Shown here: one piece after another, positions 1 through 12,000 of the stretch
How the letters are laid out: each line of letters opens with the position of its first letter
How positions within the stretch are numbered: position 1 is the stretch's first letter
Assembly: GCA_963747985.1 (NCBI GenBank)
Contig: CAVVHG010000014.1
Location: forward strand, 17,149-81,148
From: an uncultured Acidobacteriota bacterium
Lineage (GTDB): Bacteria > Acidobacteriota > UBA6911
DNA: 64,000 nt
Reading direction: 5' to 3'
The notes under the pieces: model-generated
What the model was told of the DNA's origin: nothing
Databases searched by the model: none
What the model saw: the letters and a program-made list of their open reading frames with translations, nothing else
Position numbers and translations under genes: made by a program

Positions 1-2
1 CA

Positions 3-779
3 AGCCAGCTGGACGCCGACCAGGCCATGAGCCTGGTCGCTACTGCGGCGGCAACCATCGCCGATGTCGAACGACGGCGCGAGCAGACTGAAAACTACCT
101 CAGTACGCTGCTGGGCCGCAATCCGGGGCCCGTGGCCCGATCCAAGATTCTGGCTGATCAGAAGTTGAAGCCGGAAGTGCCCGCCGGACTGCCTTCCGCC
201 CTGTTGGAGCGGCGGCCCGATATCCGGCAGGCCGAGCAGCTGCTGGTTGCTGCCAATGCCCGCGTCGGAGTGGCCAAAGCCCTCTTCTTTCCGACCATCA
301 GCCTCACCGGTTCAGGCGGGTATCAGAACAACCAGATCTCCGGCCTGATCCACGCCAGTGGCGTAGGCTATGGCTACGGAGGCAGCCTGGTGCAGCCCCT
401 CTTCAACGCCGGCAGACTCTGGGCCAACTACAAGGCTTCGAAAGCTCGACGTGAAGCGGCGGTCCTGAGTTACCAGAAGAGCGTGCAAAATGCCTTCCGG
501 GACGTGGCTGACTCCCTGATCGGTTATCAGAAGACCAGGGAATACCTGGCCCAACGCGAGCTTTTTGTCGTCACGCTGCGGGACCAATTGCGCCTCGCGA
601 ACATGCGCTATGTCGGCGGCGTCTCCAGCTATCTGGAAGTGTTGGATACGGAGCGTCAGGCACTTGATGCAGAACTGAACTACGCCCAGGCCTACCTTGG
701 CCACTTGGACTCCGTCATTTTTGTGTACAAGGCCCTTGGCGGAGGCTGGGATCTGGGGACAACCACAACTACCCCTTAG
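3..779 (+). CDS. RND efflux outer-membrane factor (NodT/OprM/TolC family), 5'-partial
   Basis: VPAGLPSALLERRPDIRQAEQLL, FFPTISLTG and YKALGGGW motifs; frame is open to the window edge. Confidence 0.92.
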   Translation, partial: SQLDADQAMSLVATAAATIADVERRREQTENYLSTLLGRNPGPVARSKILADQKLKPEVPAGLPSALLERRPDIRQAEQLLVAANARVGVAKALFFPTISLTGSGGYQNNQISGLIHASGVGYGYGGSLVQPLFNAGRLWANYKASKARREAAVLSYQKSVQNAFRDVADSLIGYQKTREYLAQRELFVVTLRDQLRLANMRYVGGVSSYLEVLDTERQALDAELNYAQAYLGHLDSVIFVYKALGGGWDLGTTTTTP

Positions 780-787
780 GGTTCGAA

Positions 788-1396
788 ATGACAACCTGCA
801 ATCGCTGGATGCTGACCGCGCTGCTCGCTGCCGGAATGATTTGCACGGGCGCGTTGGGAAAGACGAAACTCCTCCAGAGTTGGGCGGATCCGTCGGTGAA
901 GAACTACAAGTTCAGCAAGGTGCTGACCGTTGCGATCATCGATGCCCCGGAGATCCGCCGGATCGCGGAATCCGCGATGGCGCGGAACATCAAGAAGTTC
1001 AAGGCGATCCCTTCCTGCACCATTCTTGAAAAGGGCGAGGAACGCGACGTCGAGACCGCCAAGCGAAAGCTGAAGCAGGAAGGCTTTGACGGCGCGGTAG
1101 TCCTGCGCATGGTCAGTGGTGACAACAAGATCCAGTACGTAGCACCGACGATGCCCGATCCGTACCTGAGCTACTGGTCCTACAACACATGGGCCTGGCC
1201 GATCAACACCACTCCCGGCTATATCAAGTTCGACCAAATTGTCCAGCTGGAGACGCTCTTCTACTCGATCAAGGACGACAAGCTCCTCTGGTCCGGGGTG
1301 AGTAAAGTATCCAATTTCAGGAATGTCTCAGAGCTAGTCGATGACATCGCCAAGGTGATCGCAAAGGAACTGGATAAGAAAGGCATCACAAGGTAA
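788..1396 (+). CDS. Exported conserved hypothetical protein (DUF4136-like)
   Basis: N-terminal signal peptide, DGAVVLRMV and ETLFYSIKDDKLLWSGVS segments typical of DUF4136-like proteins; starts 8 bp after the OMF gene. Confidence 0.6.
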   Translation: MTTCNRWMLTALLAAGMICTGALGKTKLLQSWADPSVKNYKFSKVLTVAIIDAPEIRRIAESAMARNIKKFKAIPSCTILEKGEERDVETAKRKLKQEGFDGAVVLRMVSGDNKIQYVAPTMPDPYLSYWSYNTWAWPINTTPGYIKFDQIVQLETLFYSIKDDKLLWSGVSKVSNFRNVSELVDDIAKVIAKELDKKGITR

Positions 1397-1454
1397 GTGG
1401 GCGCGCTTCGCCGACCCCTTTCGCCGCGGCGCGGCGGACCCACTTGGTCGCCTG

Positions 1455-3095
1455 TCACCGACTCTTGAGCTCTCGACAGCGGCGGATCAGGTTATTCGTC
1501 GAACTGTCATGGCTGAGCTCGGGTTCCGCATCGCTCTCCAGCTCAGGCACGATGCGCTGCGCCAGCACCTTGCCGAGCTCGACACCCCACTGATCAAAGG
1601 AATTGATCCCCCAGATGACGCCTTGAGTAAAGACGCTGTGCTCATAAAGCGCGACGAGTCTGCCGAGCGCCTCCGGCGTCAGACGCTCCCCGAGGATCAC
1701 GTTCGACGGCCGGTTGCCTTCGAAGACCCGGTGGGGCACGAGCCGACCGGCCGTGCCTTCCTCGCCCACCTCCTCTCGCGTCTTCCCGAAGGCCAGTGCC
1801 TCTGCCTGGGCCAGCACGTTCGCCAGAAGCATATCGTGGTGCCCACCCAACGGATTGAGCGATTCGGTGAAGGCGATGAAGTCACAGGGGACAAGCCTGG
1901 TGCCCTGGTGCAGCAGCTGGTAGAACGAGTGCTGTCCGTTCGTCCCCGGCTCGCCCCAGTAGATCGGACCTGTCTGGTAGTTCACCCGGCTGCCATCGAG
2001 CCTGACATACTTGCCGTTGCTCTCCATGGTCAGCTGCTGCAGGTAGGCGGGAAAACGCTTCAGATACTGCTCATACGGCAGTACTGCAACCGTTTCTGCG
2101 CCGAAGAAGTTGGTATACCACACGGTGAGCAGGCCCATCAGCACAGGCATGCTGCGATCGAAGGGAGCAGAACGAAAATGCTCGTCCATCTGGTGGAAGC
2201 CGTCGAGCATGGATCGAAAATGATCCGGGCCGACAGCCAACATCGTCGAGAGGCCTATCGCCGAGTCCATCGAGTAGCGCCCGCCGACCCAGTCCCAGAA
2301 CTCGAACATGTTCGCAGTGTCGATTCCGAACTCGGAGACTTTTGCCGCGTTCGTCGAAACTGCGACGAAGTGCCTGGCAACGGCGCTGGCATCCCCGCCG
2401 AGGCCCTTGAGTAACCAGTCGCGCGCACTTCCGGCATTGGTCATCGTTTCGAGTGTGGTGAATGTCTTTGAGGAGACGATGAAGAGCGTTTCCGCCGGGT
2501 CCAGGTCGCGAGTCGCTTCCACGAAATCCGTTGCATCGATGTTGGAGACAAACCGGAACGTCATGGTGCGATCGGCGTAATGCTTTAACGCCTCGCAGGC
2601 CATCACCGGGCCCAGGTCGGAACCCCCGATGCCGATGTTGACGACGTTGCGAATCCGTTTGCCCGTGTAGCCCGTCCATTCTCCGCTCCGCACGCGATTG
2701 GAGAAATCGGCCATCTTGTCGAGCACCGCGTGAACCTGGGGAACCGCGTCCTCACCGCCCACGACGACCGATGAGCCTCTCGGGGCACGCAGGGCCACAT
2801 GCAGGACGGCCCGCTTCTCCGTGACGTTGATCCTGTCTCCGCGAAACATGGCTTCGATGCGCCCGCGAAGACCGGATTCTTCGGCAAGCTGAACGAGGAG
2901 CCTGAGTGTTTCGTCTGTGATCCGGTTCTTCGAGTAATCCAGGTACAGGCCTGCTGCGTCCAGGGTCAGGCGCTCGCCCCGGCCGGGGTCATCCGCGAAA
3001 AGCTGCCGCATATGCAGTCGCCGAACCGTCTTGAAGTGGGCTGCAAGGGCCTTCCACGCAGGCCGCCTTGTTGGTGTCTTGATTCGCTCTTTCAT
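1455..3095 (-). CDS. pgi: Glucose-6-phosphate isomerase
   Basis: [45 protein letters not shown]; GGAG RBS before ATG at 3095. Confidence 0.98.
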   Translation of the reverse strand: MKERIKTPTRRPAWKALAAHFKTVRRLHMRQLFADDPGRGERLTLDAAGLYLDYSKNRITDETLRLLVQLAEESGLRGRIEAMFRGDRINVTEKRAVLHVALRAPRGSSVVVGGEDAVPQVHAVLDKMADFSNRVRSGEWTGYTGKRIRNVVNIGIGGSDLGPVMACEALKHYADRTMTFRFVSNIDATDFVEATRDLDPAETLFIVSSKTFTTLETMTNAGSARDWLLKGLGGDASAVARHFVAVSTNAAKVSEFGIDTANMFEFWDWVGGRYSMDSAIGLSTMLAVGPDHFRSMLDGFHQMDEHFRSAPFDRSMPVLMGLLTVWYTNFFGAETVAVLPYEQYLKRFPAYLQQLTMESNGKYVRLDGSRVNYQTGPIYWGEPGTNGQHSFYQLLHQGTRLVPCDFIAFTESLNPLGGHHDMLLANVLAQAEALAFGKTREEVGEEGTAGRLVPHRVFEGNRPSNVILGERLTPEALGRLVALYEHSVFTQGVIWGINSFDQWGVELGKVLAQRIVPELESDAEPELSHDSSTNNLIRRCRELKSR

Positions 3096-3184
3096 GTTCT
3101 CCAACTCCAATTCATTCGGGAATAAAAGCGCTTGGCCGAAGCACGCAATATCCGCGCCGGCGAGGCAGCCTCGATGTACCTGCT

Positions 3185-3381
3185 ATGAATCGGGCTTCCA
3201 GCCCTCCTTCCTCTATCTGCAAAATTCCTGGGGCTTCGCCCCAGGCTGGTATAAGGTCGCGCTTGCAGCGCTCTACATGCTGATTTGGGCACAGCTTTGA
3301 GGGCCGAAGGCCCGATTCATACCAGCCTGGCGCAACGCGCCAGGCACTGGAGCCAAAATGCGTTCGAGGGCTGAAAGCCCT
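3185..3381. repeat. Cluster of REP-like palindromic units in mixed orientation
   Basis: GAGGGCYGAARGCCC-type hairpin at 3185-3206 (reverse), 3299-3320 and 3366-3381; ATACCAGCCTGG-N-CCAGG hairpin at 3227-3252 (reverse) and 3319-3344. Confidence 0.75.
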
Positions 3382-3447
3382 TATCATAGTAGATTCCGAG
3401 ACAGCCTCGTTGGCGCGGACCCGCCTCGCAGTCATGGTACGGCGGAA

Positions 3448-4533
3448 TCAGTGCGATTTGAGTGTGGCGCACCGCGAGGCGATGACCGCCATCAAGTCGT
3501 TCCAGGACTTGGTGAATGACTTGGCGCCTTCCTCCTGGAGCCGCTCGGCAAGAGCGTCGATGTCGATTCCTGCCCTGGTAAATTCTCGGAGCACTTCCTC
3601 GCAATCGCCGCCATCCGCCGGCAGCACCTCGCCCGGTTCTCCGTGGTCAGCGACGGCCTTTAACGTGGATTCCGGCATGGTGTTGATGGTGAACGGGGCT
3701 GCCAGGGCCCGAACATAGAGAATATCCGACGCATTCGGGTCCTTGGTACCGGTGCTGGCCCAGAGGAGGCGCTGCGGCCTGGCACCGAAATTGTAGGAAC
3801 GCTGCCAGCGCCGCGAGCCGAGCAGGTCGTAATAGGCCTTGTATGTGCGCCTCGCGATAGCGATGCCAAGCCTGTTGCGCAGCGCCTCCGGCACCTTTCC
3901 GGAAACCGCCACGTCCCAGCGGCTGACGAACAACGAAGCTACTGAACGCACGTCAGGATTGAGCCCGGCTGCGATGCGCCGCTCGATCCCGCGCAGGTAT
4001 GCTTCGGATGCCGATACGTACTGCTCCCGGGAAAACAGGAGCGTCACGTTTACAGGCACGCCTGCGAACGTGGCCTCCTCGATGGCAGGCAGTCCTTCCC
4101 TGGTGCCGGGTATCTTGATGAAGAGATTGGGGCGTCCCGCCCGCGCATGAAGATACTTCACAGATGCGAGGGTGCGGCCGGTGTCGAATGCCAACAGCGG
4201 GGAGACCTCCAGGGACACCCACCCGTCCATGCCATTGGTCAGTTCATAGACCGGCCGGAACATGTCGGCAGCCCGGCTGAGGTCCTCTAATGCCAGTTCG
4301 AAGAAAAGTGCTTCGCCCGACTTGCCTGTCTTCAGCAACTCGTTGAGCGATGCATCGTAGTCGGAGCTGTTCTTGACGGCCTGATCGAAGATCGTGGGGT
4401 TGGAGGTCAGTCCTGTAACGGACAACTCGTCGATGTAGCGCCGGAGCGTGCCACTCTCCAGCAGGGCACGCGTGATGTTGTCGAGCCAGATGCTCTGGCC
4501 CAAGTCGTGAAGCTGTTGTGTGGCCTTCATCAT
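3448..4533 (-). CDS. tal: Transaldolase (type 3, actinobacterial/plant-like)
   Basis: GQSIWLDNI, GLTSNPTIF, VSLEVSP, FIKIP (Schiff-base Lys), RLLWASTGTK. Confidence 0.97.
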   Translation of the reverse strand: MMKATQQLHDLGQSIWLDNITRALLESGTLRRYIDELSVTGLTSNPTIFDQAVKNSSDYDASLNELLKTGKSGEALFFELALEDLSRAADMFRPVYELTNGMDGWVSLEVSPLLAFDTGRTLASVKYLHARAGRPNLFIKIPGTREGLPAIEEATFAGVPVNVTLLFSREQYVSASEAYLRGIERRIAAGLNPDVRSVASLFVSRWDVAVSGKVPEALRNRLGIAIARRTYKAYYDLLGSRRWQRSYNFGARPQRLLWASTGTKDPNASDILYVRALAAPFTINTMPESTLKAVADHGEPGEVLPADGGDCEEVLREFTRAGIDIDALAERLQEEGAKSFTKSWNDLMAVIASRCATLKSH

Positions 4534-4603
4534 GTCACCTCGAAGCTCACGGAGGCCGTCCGCAGCATAACCTCAGCCGGTGACACAGCCGGCCGCGGCC
4601 GCG

Positions 4604-6253
4604 TCACGGGCGGGCCTCCAATGCGTTGTTAACCATTTCCCGGGCTTCCTTGACGATAGCATCCAGATGGCTCTGGTCCTTGAGGCTCTCTGCATAAATC
4701 TTGTATATGTTCTCTGTGCCTGAAGGCCTGGCGGCGAACCAACCGTGGGCGGCGACGACTTTAAGGCCGCCGATCGGGGCGTTGTTGCCCGGGGCTCTCG
4801 TCAGCTTGGCGATGACGGGCTCGCCGGCGAGGTTCGATTCTGTTACGGCGTCAGCGGATAGCTTCTCCAGCCTCGCCTTCTGCTCGGGGGTGGCCGCCGC
4901 GTCGATCCGCGTGTAGTGCGCCGAGCCGAATTCCGCCGTGAGTTCGCGGTAGTGCTCGCCAGGATCATTGCCTGTGCACGCGGTGATCTCGGCCGCCAAC
5001 AGGTCCATGATCAGGCCGTCTTTGTCCGTAGTCCAGACCGTGCCATCGCGCCTCAGGAAGCTCGCACCCGCGCTCTCCTCACCGCCGAAGCAGTAGGACC
5101 CGTCGAACAGGCCGGGAACGAACCACTTGAAGCCCACCGGAACCTCGCACAATCGTCGACCGAACTTCTTCACCACCAGGTCGATCATGCTGCTGCTCAC
5201 GAGCGTCTTCCCGACCGCAGCCCGCTCTGGCCAGCGGGGCCGGTGCCCGAGCAGGTAGCGGATGGCGACCGCCAGGTAGTGATTGGGATTCATCAGGCCC
5301 GCGACGGGCGTGACGATGCCATGGCGATCCGAGTCCGGATCGTTGGCAAAGGCAACACGGTACCGATCCTTGAGGCCGACAAGCCGTGCCATCGCGTATG
5401 GGCTGGAGCAGTCCATGCGGATCTTACCGTCGTGATCCACCGTCATGAATGAGAATGTCGGGTCGATCACCGGGTTGACAATTGCGATGTCGAGCCCATA
5501 GACCGTGTTGATCGGCTCCCAGTAAAGGCTCGCCGCCCCACCCAGCGGGTCCACGGCCAGTCTGAGTCCGGCGGCCCGGATCGCTTCCATATCGATCACG
5601 TTCTGCAGGTCGCGAACGTAGGGAAGGATCAGGTCCTCCTCATGTGTGGTTGCCGCCTTTATGGCGGCGTCGAACGGCACGCGCTTCACGCCGCCGTTAC
5701 CGTTCCGCAGCAGTTCGTTCGCACGGCCCTGGACCCACCGCGTCACGTCGGTTTCGGCAGGGCCTCCGTTCGGCGGGTTGTACTTGAAGCCTCCGTCCTG
5801 CGGCGGATTGTGCGACGGGGTGATGACTATCCCGTCCGCCTCGTGTTCGCTGCGGCCGTGGTTGTAGGCAAGGATGGCGCGCGATATGACCGGCGTCGGC
5901 GTGAAACCATCCTTTTCCTGGATGATGGTCTCCACGCCGTTTGCAGCCAGCACCTCGAGCGCCGTACGCTGCGCAGGCTCTGAAAGCGCGTGCGTGTCTT
6001 TGCCCATGTAGAGAGGGCCGTCGGTACCCTGGTGACGCCTGTAATCGCAGATGGCCTGCGTGATGGCCAGGATGTGGGCTTCTGTGAAGGTGCCTGGCAG
6101 CGGCGAGCCCCGGTGCCCGCTGGTACCGAAGCTGACCATCTGGTTTGGGTCATCCAGGTCGGGCCGGCGTTCGAAGTATTCCCGTTCGAGCACGGCTACA
6201 TCTATGAGCATCTCCTTGGGGGCCGGTTTGCCTGCAAGGGGGGATATCGCCAT
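4604..6253 (-). CDS. pgm: Phosphoglucomutase (alpha-D-glucose-phosphate specific)
   Basis: [16 protein letters not shown] (phospho-Ser), DPDSDR metal loop, GGEESAG, RPSGTE; GAGGAG RBS before ATG 6253. Confidence 0.98.
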   Translation of the reverse strand: MAISPLAGKPAPKEMLIDVAVLEREYFERRPDLDDPNQMVSFGTSGHRGSPLPGTFTEAHILAITQAICDYRRHQGTDGPLYMGKDTHALSEPAQRTALEVLAANGVETIIQEKDGFTPTPVISRAILAYNHGRSEHEADGIVITPSHNPPQDGGFKYNPPNGGPAETDVTRWVQGRANELLRNGNGGVKRVPFDAAIKAATTHEEDLILPYVRDLQNVIDMEAIRAAGLRLAVDPLGGAASLYWEPINTVYGLDIAIVNPVIDPTFSFMTVDHDGKIRMDCSSPYAMARLVGLKDRYRVAFANDPDSDRHGIVTPVAGLMNPNHYLAVAIRYLLGHRPRWPERAAVGKTLVSSSMIDLVVKKFGRRLCEVPVGFKWFVPGLFDGSYCFGGEESAGASFLRRDGTVWTTDKDGLIMDLLAAEITACTGNDPGEHYRELTAEFGSAHYTRIDAAATPEQKARLEKLSADAVTESNLAGEPVIAKLTRAPGNNAPIGGLKVVAAHGWFAARPSGTENIYKIYAESLKDQSHLDAIVKEAREMVNNALEARP

Positions 6254-6290
6254 GTCAAAGCTCCTCGGAGGGACAGTGGTGACTGTCGCC

Positions 6291-8801
6291 CTACTCGACC
6301 GGGCAGGGCCTTGCGTTCCAGATGTCGGCCGCGTATTCGGCAATCGTCCGGTCGCTTGAGAATCTTCCGGAGCCGGCTACATTCAGTATGGCCTTGCGAG
6401 CCCACGCGTCTGTGTCAGCATACAGTTCGCACAAGCGCCGGTCCGTCTCAAGATAGGACCTGAGATCGGCAAGGTGCATATAGTGATCCCCGTGCGCCAG
6501 GAGCGTGTCCAGCAGCGGTACAAACACCCCCGGCTCATGGCGGCTGAAGTGGTCGGAGCGGATCAGGTCCAGCGCGGCCCGGGTCTCAGGCTCGTTCTCA
6601 TAGTGCCAATACGGGCTGTACCAGCCGCGGCTTTCGACCACCTGCTGCGCAGTCAGGCCGAACAGGAAGAAGTTTTCCTCGCCTGCTTCCTCTGCCATCT
6701 CGATGGTCGCCCCGTCGCGCGTACCGATCGTCAGCGCCCCATTCATCATGAATTTCATGTTGCTCGTGCCGCTGGCCTCGTAGCCGGCGGTCGAAATCTG
6801 GTTGGAAACATCGCTGGCCGGGATCAACCTCTCTGCGAGCGAGGCACAGTAGTCCGGCAGGAACAGGACCTTGATGCGGCCTCGAGTCGCAGGATCGCCC
6901 TCAATCGTGCCGGCCAGGTTGTTGATGAATTTGATAACGAGTTTAGCCAGACGGTAGGCCGGCGCTGCCTTGCCCGCAAAGAAGAAGGTTCGCGGCTCCA
7001 GTTCGAGCCCCGGGTTGTCGCGCAGCCTCTGGTAAAGCACGACGATGCGCAGCGCGTTGAGCAGTTGCCGCTTGTATTCGTGGATGCGCTTTACCTGACA
7101 GTCGAAGATGGTGCCCGGGTCTACTGTCTGGCCGGAAGTTGACTTGAGCCAGGCGGCAAACTTCGACTTGGCTTCTTGCTTCGCCTTGCTAAAGGCATCG
7201 CAAAAGCCTTTATCTTCGGCCAGCGGCTTCAGCCTGGCCAGCTGATCGAGGTCGCCGATCCAGGCCTGGCCGATGGCTTCGCTGATCGTGCGGGAAAGGG
7301 AGGGGTTGGCCAGCCACAGCCAGCGCCGCGGCGTCACGCCGTTCGTCTTGTTGCCGAAGCGCTCCGGGAACATCTCGGCCAGGTCGCGAACTGTCACGGT
7401 ACGCAAGAGCCCGGAGTGAATCGCGGCCACGCCGTTCGTGCTATGCGAGCCGACGATGGCCAGGTTGGCCATACGGATCTTCTGGTGAGGAGCCTCCTCA
7501 ACCAGGCTTACACACTCGATCCGCCCCGCGTCACCCGGGAACCGCTCCCGAGCCTCGTCGAGCAGCCGACGGTTGATCTCGAGGATAATCTCCAGATGAC
7601 GCGGCAACATGGTCTTGAACCAGACCAACGGCCATTTCTCCAGCGCCTCGGGCAGCAGCGTGTGGTTCGTGTAGGCGAGGGTCCTTCGGGTGAGGTCCCA
7701 GGCGTGGTCCCAGCCGAGTTGCGCCTCGTCAAGCAGGATCCGCATCAGCTCGGGCACTGCCATCGCCGGGTGCGTGTCGTTCAGCTGGATGGCGGCCTTC
7801 TCCGGAAGCGCGTTCCAGTCCTGGTTGAGACGCCGGAACCTGCGGATGAGGTCGGCCAGCGAACAGGCGACGAGGAAGTACTCCTGCAGGAAGCGGAGCC
7901 CCTGCCCCATGCTCGTGGAATCATCGGGATAGAGCACCCGCGTGAGGGATTCGGCGCCGAGGGTTTCGGCAACGGCCCCTACAAAATCGCCGCTGCTGAA
8001 TTCCTGAAAGTCAAAGGAATCGGGAGCAGCCGCCGCCCAGAGCCGGAGCGTATTGATGGTCTTTCCTCCGTAGCCTACGACCGGACGGTCGAACGGGATG
8101 CCGATCAGGCTGACCGGATGGCCCGGGACTGCCCGCAGAGCCCCTCCTCGCAATTCAAACGAGCAGTGGAGTTTCACTTCGACCTTTTCGTGCAGCCGGG
8201 CGACCTCCCACGGGTCTGGCCGGCGGAGCCAGTTGTCCGGCTGCTCCAGCTGCCAGCCGTCACTTATGGTTTGCCTGAAAATGCCGTATTCGTAACGCAG
8301 TCCGTAGCCCATGGCAGGAAGCTGCATCGTTGCCATCGAATCGAGGAAGCATGCCGCCAGTCGTCCCAGGCCGCCGTTGCCCAAACCGGCGTCGGGTTCC
8401 TGCTCGACGAGGTCGAGCCAATCGACGTTCGTGCGCTTTACTGCATCATTGATGAGCGGATCGAGCAAGAGGTTGGCGATGTTGTTTGACAGCGAACGGC
8501 CGATGAGGAACTCCATCGAGAGGTAGTAAATTCGCTTCGGATTCTCGCGTGCGTAGGTGTTTTCGGTTTGCAACCATCGCTGCGAGAGGACATCTCTCAC
8601 GGAACGGGCCACCGCTTCAAAGCGTTCCCGTTGGCCGGCATCCTTCGGGTTGAGCACGTGGTCGAAAACGAGATGCCGCTCGTAGAGCGCGTTGTCCGTA
8701 CCGGCGAACTGAACCGGTCCGCACCCGTATTGGCGCACTATTCGTGAGACAAAGTCAGGATCGGCCGAGGCAAGAGGCCCAGTAATCTTTGCGTCGCTCA
8801 T
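6291..8801 (-). CDS. glgP: Glycogen/starch/alpha-glucan phosphorylase
   Basis: [49 protein letters not shown] (PLP Lys). Confidence 0.98.
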   Translation of the reverse strand: MSDAKITGPLASADPDFVSRIVRQYGCGPVQFAGTDNALYERHLVFDHVLNPKDAGQRERFEAVARSVRDVLSQRWLQTENTYARENPKRIYYLSMEFLIGRSLSNNIANLLLDPLINDAVKRTNVDWLDLVEQEPDAGLGNGGLGRLAACFLDSMATMQLPAMGYGLRYEYGIFRQTISDGWQLEQPDNWLRRPDPWEVARLHEKVEVKLHCSFELRGGALRAVPGHPVSLIGIPFDRPVVGYGGKTINTLRLWAAAAPDSFDFQEFSSGDFVGAVAETLGAESLTRVLYPDDSTSMGQGLRFLQEYFLVACSLADLIRRFRRLNQDWNALPEKAAIQLNDTHPAMAVPELMRILLDEAQLGWDHAWDLTRRTLAYTNHTLLPEALEKWPLVWFKTMLPRHLEIILEINRRLLDEARERFPGDAGRIECVSLVEEAPHQKIRMANLAIVGSHSTNGVAAIHSGLLRTVTVRDLAEMFPERFGNKTNGVTPRRWLWLANPSLSRTISEAIGQAWIGDLDQLARLKPLAEDKGFCDAFSKAKQEAKSKFAAWLKSTSGQTVDPGTIFDCQVKRIHEYKRQLLNALRIVVLYQRLRDNPGLELEPRTFFFAGKAAPAYRLAKLVIKFINNLAGTIEGDPATRGRIKVLFLPDYCASLAERLIPASDVSNQISTAGYEASGTSNMKFMMNGALTIGTRDGATIEMAEEAGEENFFLFGLTAQQVVESRGWYSPYWHYENEPETRAALDLIRSDHFSRHEPGVFVPLLDTLLAHGDHYMHLADLRSYLETDRRLCELYADTDAWARKAILNVAGSGRFSSDRTIAEYAADIWNARPCPVE

Positions 8802-8854
8802 CGCAGGAATCTCCTTGTTGCAGGATCACAGGATACCATTTCAGAGTCATGGGT

Positions 8855-9094
8855 ACAGGCTACTCAACCTCAAAATTCGAGGCGACTTTCACCTGAGCCG
8901 GCCATTCCCGGGCCATCGTTCTTCCTGAGGTGCGGGGTCGGCTACGGCGGGGTCGAGGTGTTTGGCGGGATTCTTCTGAAGTTGTTACAGGACAGGAGGA
9001 TAGTTACACGGTCAGTACCGGGATTACCGCGGGCGCGGAGGGCCTCCCGTCACGCCCGGGTCGGTCCGGGAGATTTCGAGGTTGAGCAGCCTGT
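8855..9094. mobile_element. Putative MITE / non-autonomous IS derivative (240 bp)
   Basis: 22-bp terminal inverted repeats matching 20/22: ACAGGCTACTCAACCTCAAAAT (8855-8876) and ATTTCGAGGTTGAGCAGCCTGT (9073-9094); no convincing internal ORF. Confidence 0.65.
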
Positions 9095-9099
9095 CCCAA

Positions 9100-12000
9100 T
9101 TACTCGCCGGGCTGGTGAGGCAGGAACACCTGGATGGATATCTCTGATTCCTGCCCGTGGACGACGCGACTGAAACCTCCGGTGCGCCTGATGATATCTT
9201 CGAGTGTGGAGGTGCTCGAAGCAGCGCGCGCACCAAGTCCCAGGGCGCTCACGGACAGCCGCACATAGGCGCCGGGAACCGCGGCCTCGCCCCATCCTTC
9301 GTCGGCGCTTTCCACCTGGATCCTTCCTGTCTCCAGGGTAACGGCCCCTCCCGCCGGAAGCGCGTCCCGCGCGATGACGACGATCGTCGTCACAGCCTGC
9401 TCGAGTTCCTGCTTGACCATTGCGACCCGCTGCGGCTCAGGATCCAGACTGAGGTGAAGATCAATATCCTCGCCGGTCAGGCGGCGCAGGATGCTTTCCT
9501 GCTCCTTCAACTGCGAGTTCAGGTCGAACACTTCAGGTTTGCGGTCCTGCTTCTGGCTGAACATCCAGAGCTGCTGCGCGAGCCTCCGCGCCCGGCTGGC
9601 GTCCTTGGCGGCGTGGGCCGCGAGGTCCCGTTCTGTAGCCCCGCGGGCCTCGGTCTGCCGGAGACGGCTGTAGAGGCCTTCGACGGATGTGAGCAGGTCG
9701 TTCAAGGCCGGAGCCACTTCTGTTGCGAGCCGCCCGACCGCCTCCATGCGCCGACTTCGACGCAGCTCCTCTTCGAGCGCATATCGTTCGGTGATGTCGC
9801 TGAAAAACCACTCCAGGCGCGGCGGCTCACCCTTGTTCCCTGCCGCCGGACCGGCATACCCCTGCAACACGACGGTGCGGCCGTCCGCACGTTTCGCGCG
9901 GCACCGCACGTCGGGGGCCCCTCCAGGTTCGCCCAGGCGCCCCCCCTTGCCGCCATGTTCATCCACAACCGGTTTCAGTATGTCCGCTGCGGCGGTGAGC
10001 ATATTCCTGGCTGATTCATACCCGAGGATCCGGGCGAAAGCGTCGTTGCACTCGAGGAGTCTTCCTTCCGGAGTCGTCAGTGCGTAGGCCACCAGGCCGC
10101 CATCAACCAGATTCCGGTGACGCATGCTGAATTTGTCCAGCTCGGCCTGGACCGACATCTTCTCGGCGCCAACCTCTTCCGTCAGGCGCTGTTGCTCCGC
10201 CTGTGCGCGAGCGAGTTGTTTCTCGAGGGTTTCGTGCTCGGCCTTCAGGGAGCGTTTGGCGGATTCAGCCTCTGCCGTCAGGCGCTGAAGGTCCGCCCGT
10301 GCGCGGGCCAGCTGTTCCTCGAGGCTCTCACGCTCGGCGCGCTGTTGGGCGCTGATCTTCTGGATCCGTTCTTCTTCCTCCTGCTGGCACCGAGCGACCG
10401 TGCTGGTGAGCGCGTGCTCGAAATCCGACGACCATTTTCTGATCAGCTCCTGGTGCCGAACGATCGTCTCCCGTTGCAGTTGGCGCAGCCGATCGACCTC
10501 GCCCTTCTGGGCCACCAGCTCTTTCAGGGAGTCCTGATACACTTCGTTTCCAGCGCGAAGCTGTTCGGACAGTTCGTCCCGAGCCGCCCGGGCTGTCTGC
10601 AGTTCTACCGTGAGCGTGGCGCGGTCCTCTTCGGCACGCCGCAGCTTCTCTTCGATCTCCAGTAAAACTGGCTGGTGCTTTTCCTTTTCCGCCTGCAGGA
10701 GGACCGCCAGTTCCTCGCATCGGGCTCGCGCCGAGCCGAGAGCTTCCTCCAACCCGGCCCTCTCGCGCTCGACTCCGCGGATCTGCTCTTCCAGCTCCTT
10801 GCGGAGTGCCTCCAGCCGCGCGTGCTCGACCTCGACCCGCTCGTTCAATTCGGCGGCGCGCTTCTCAGAGGCGGCGAGAGAGGATTCAAGAGAGGCCCGC
10901 TGCTCTTCACCTGTTCGAAGCAGGTCTTGCCGGGTGGCTTCCCACGTGTCACGTTCCGTCTGGAATCGGGCCATGGTTTCAGCCAGTCTTGCCTCGGTCG
11001 CGCGAAGCATCTGGCTGCGCGTGGATTCCAGTTCCTCAAGCCCCTGACAGCGGCTCTCCAGTTGTTGTCTCGCGGTGAGCCAGTGAGATCGTTCAGCTTC
11101 AAAACCGCCCACGACCTGGTCGAGCTGCAGCTGGATCGTGCGCGACAATTCCCTGAGCGCCTCGCGTTCGCCTTCGGCGGACCGAAGCCGGCTTTCGAGT
11201 TCGTTCCGCTCCTCCTGCCATCGGGCTTCGGCGGCTTGATGGTTCGCGGACAGCTCATCCTGCCGGGACTGTGCACTTCGGACTGTTTCTTCGAGGGCGG
11301 CGCTTTGAGCTCCGGCCGCATTGATCCGCTGCTGGAGGTCCGCTCGCGCAGCTTCCCAGGCGGTTCGTTCACCCTGCAGGGCGGCGGTTTCTTCGGCCAG
11401 TGTGGCCTCCGCCGCGCGAAGTTCCTCTGCAAGCCTGCCGGCCTGTTCTTCGGCGAGCCGCCGCTGCTCTTCGGCCGCCTGACGCTGCCGATCCAACTCC
11501 TGGCGCCCGGCTTCCCACGTGTCGCGTTCGCTCTGAAGCGCCGCGGTCCCTTCGGCGAGTTTAGCCTCCATCGCGTGAAGTTCCCCGGCAAGCCTGCTGA
11601 CTTGTTCTTCGGCAAGCCGCCGCTGCTCTTCGGCCGCCTGACGCTGCCGATCCAGATCCTGACGCCCGGCTTCCCACGTGTCGCGTTCGCTCTGAAGCGC
11701 TGCGGTCCCTTCGGCGAGTTTAGCCTCCATCGCGTGAAGTTCCCCGGCAAGCCGGTTGGCCTGTTCTTCGGCGAGCCGCCGCTGCTCTTCGGCCGCCTGA
11801 CGCTGCCGATCCAGATCCTGGCGCCCGGCTTCCCACGTGTCGCGTTCGCTCTGAAGCGCTGCGGTCCCTTCGGCGAGTTTAGCCTCCATCGCGCGAAGTT
11901 CCCCGGCAAGCCTGCCGGCCTGTTCTTCGGCGAGCCGCCGCTGCTCTTCGGCCGCCTGTCGCTGCCGATCCAATCCTGGCGCCCGGCTTCCCACGTGTCG

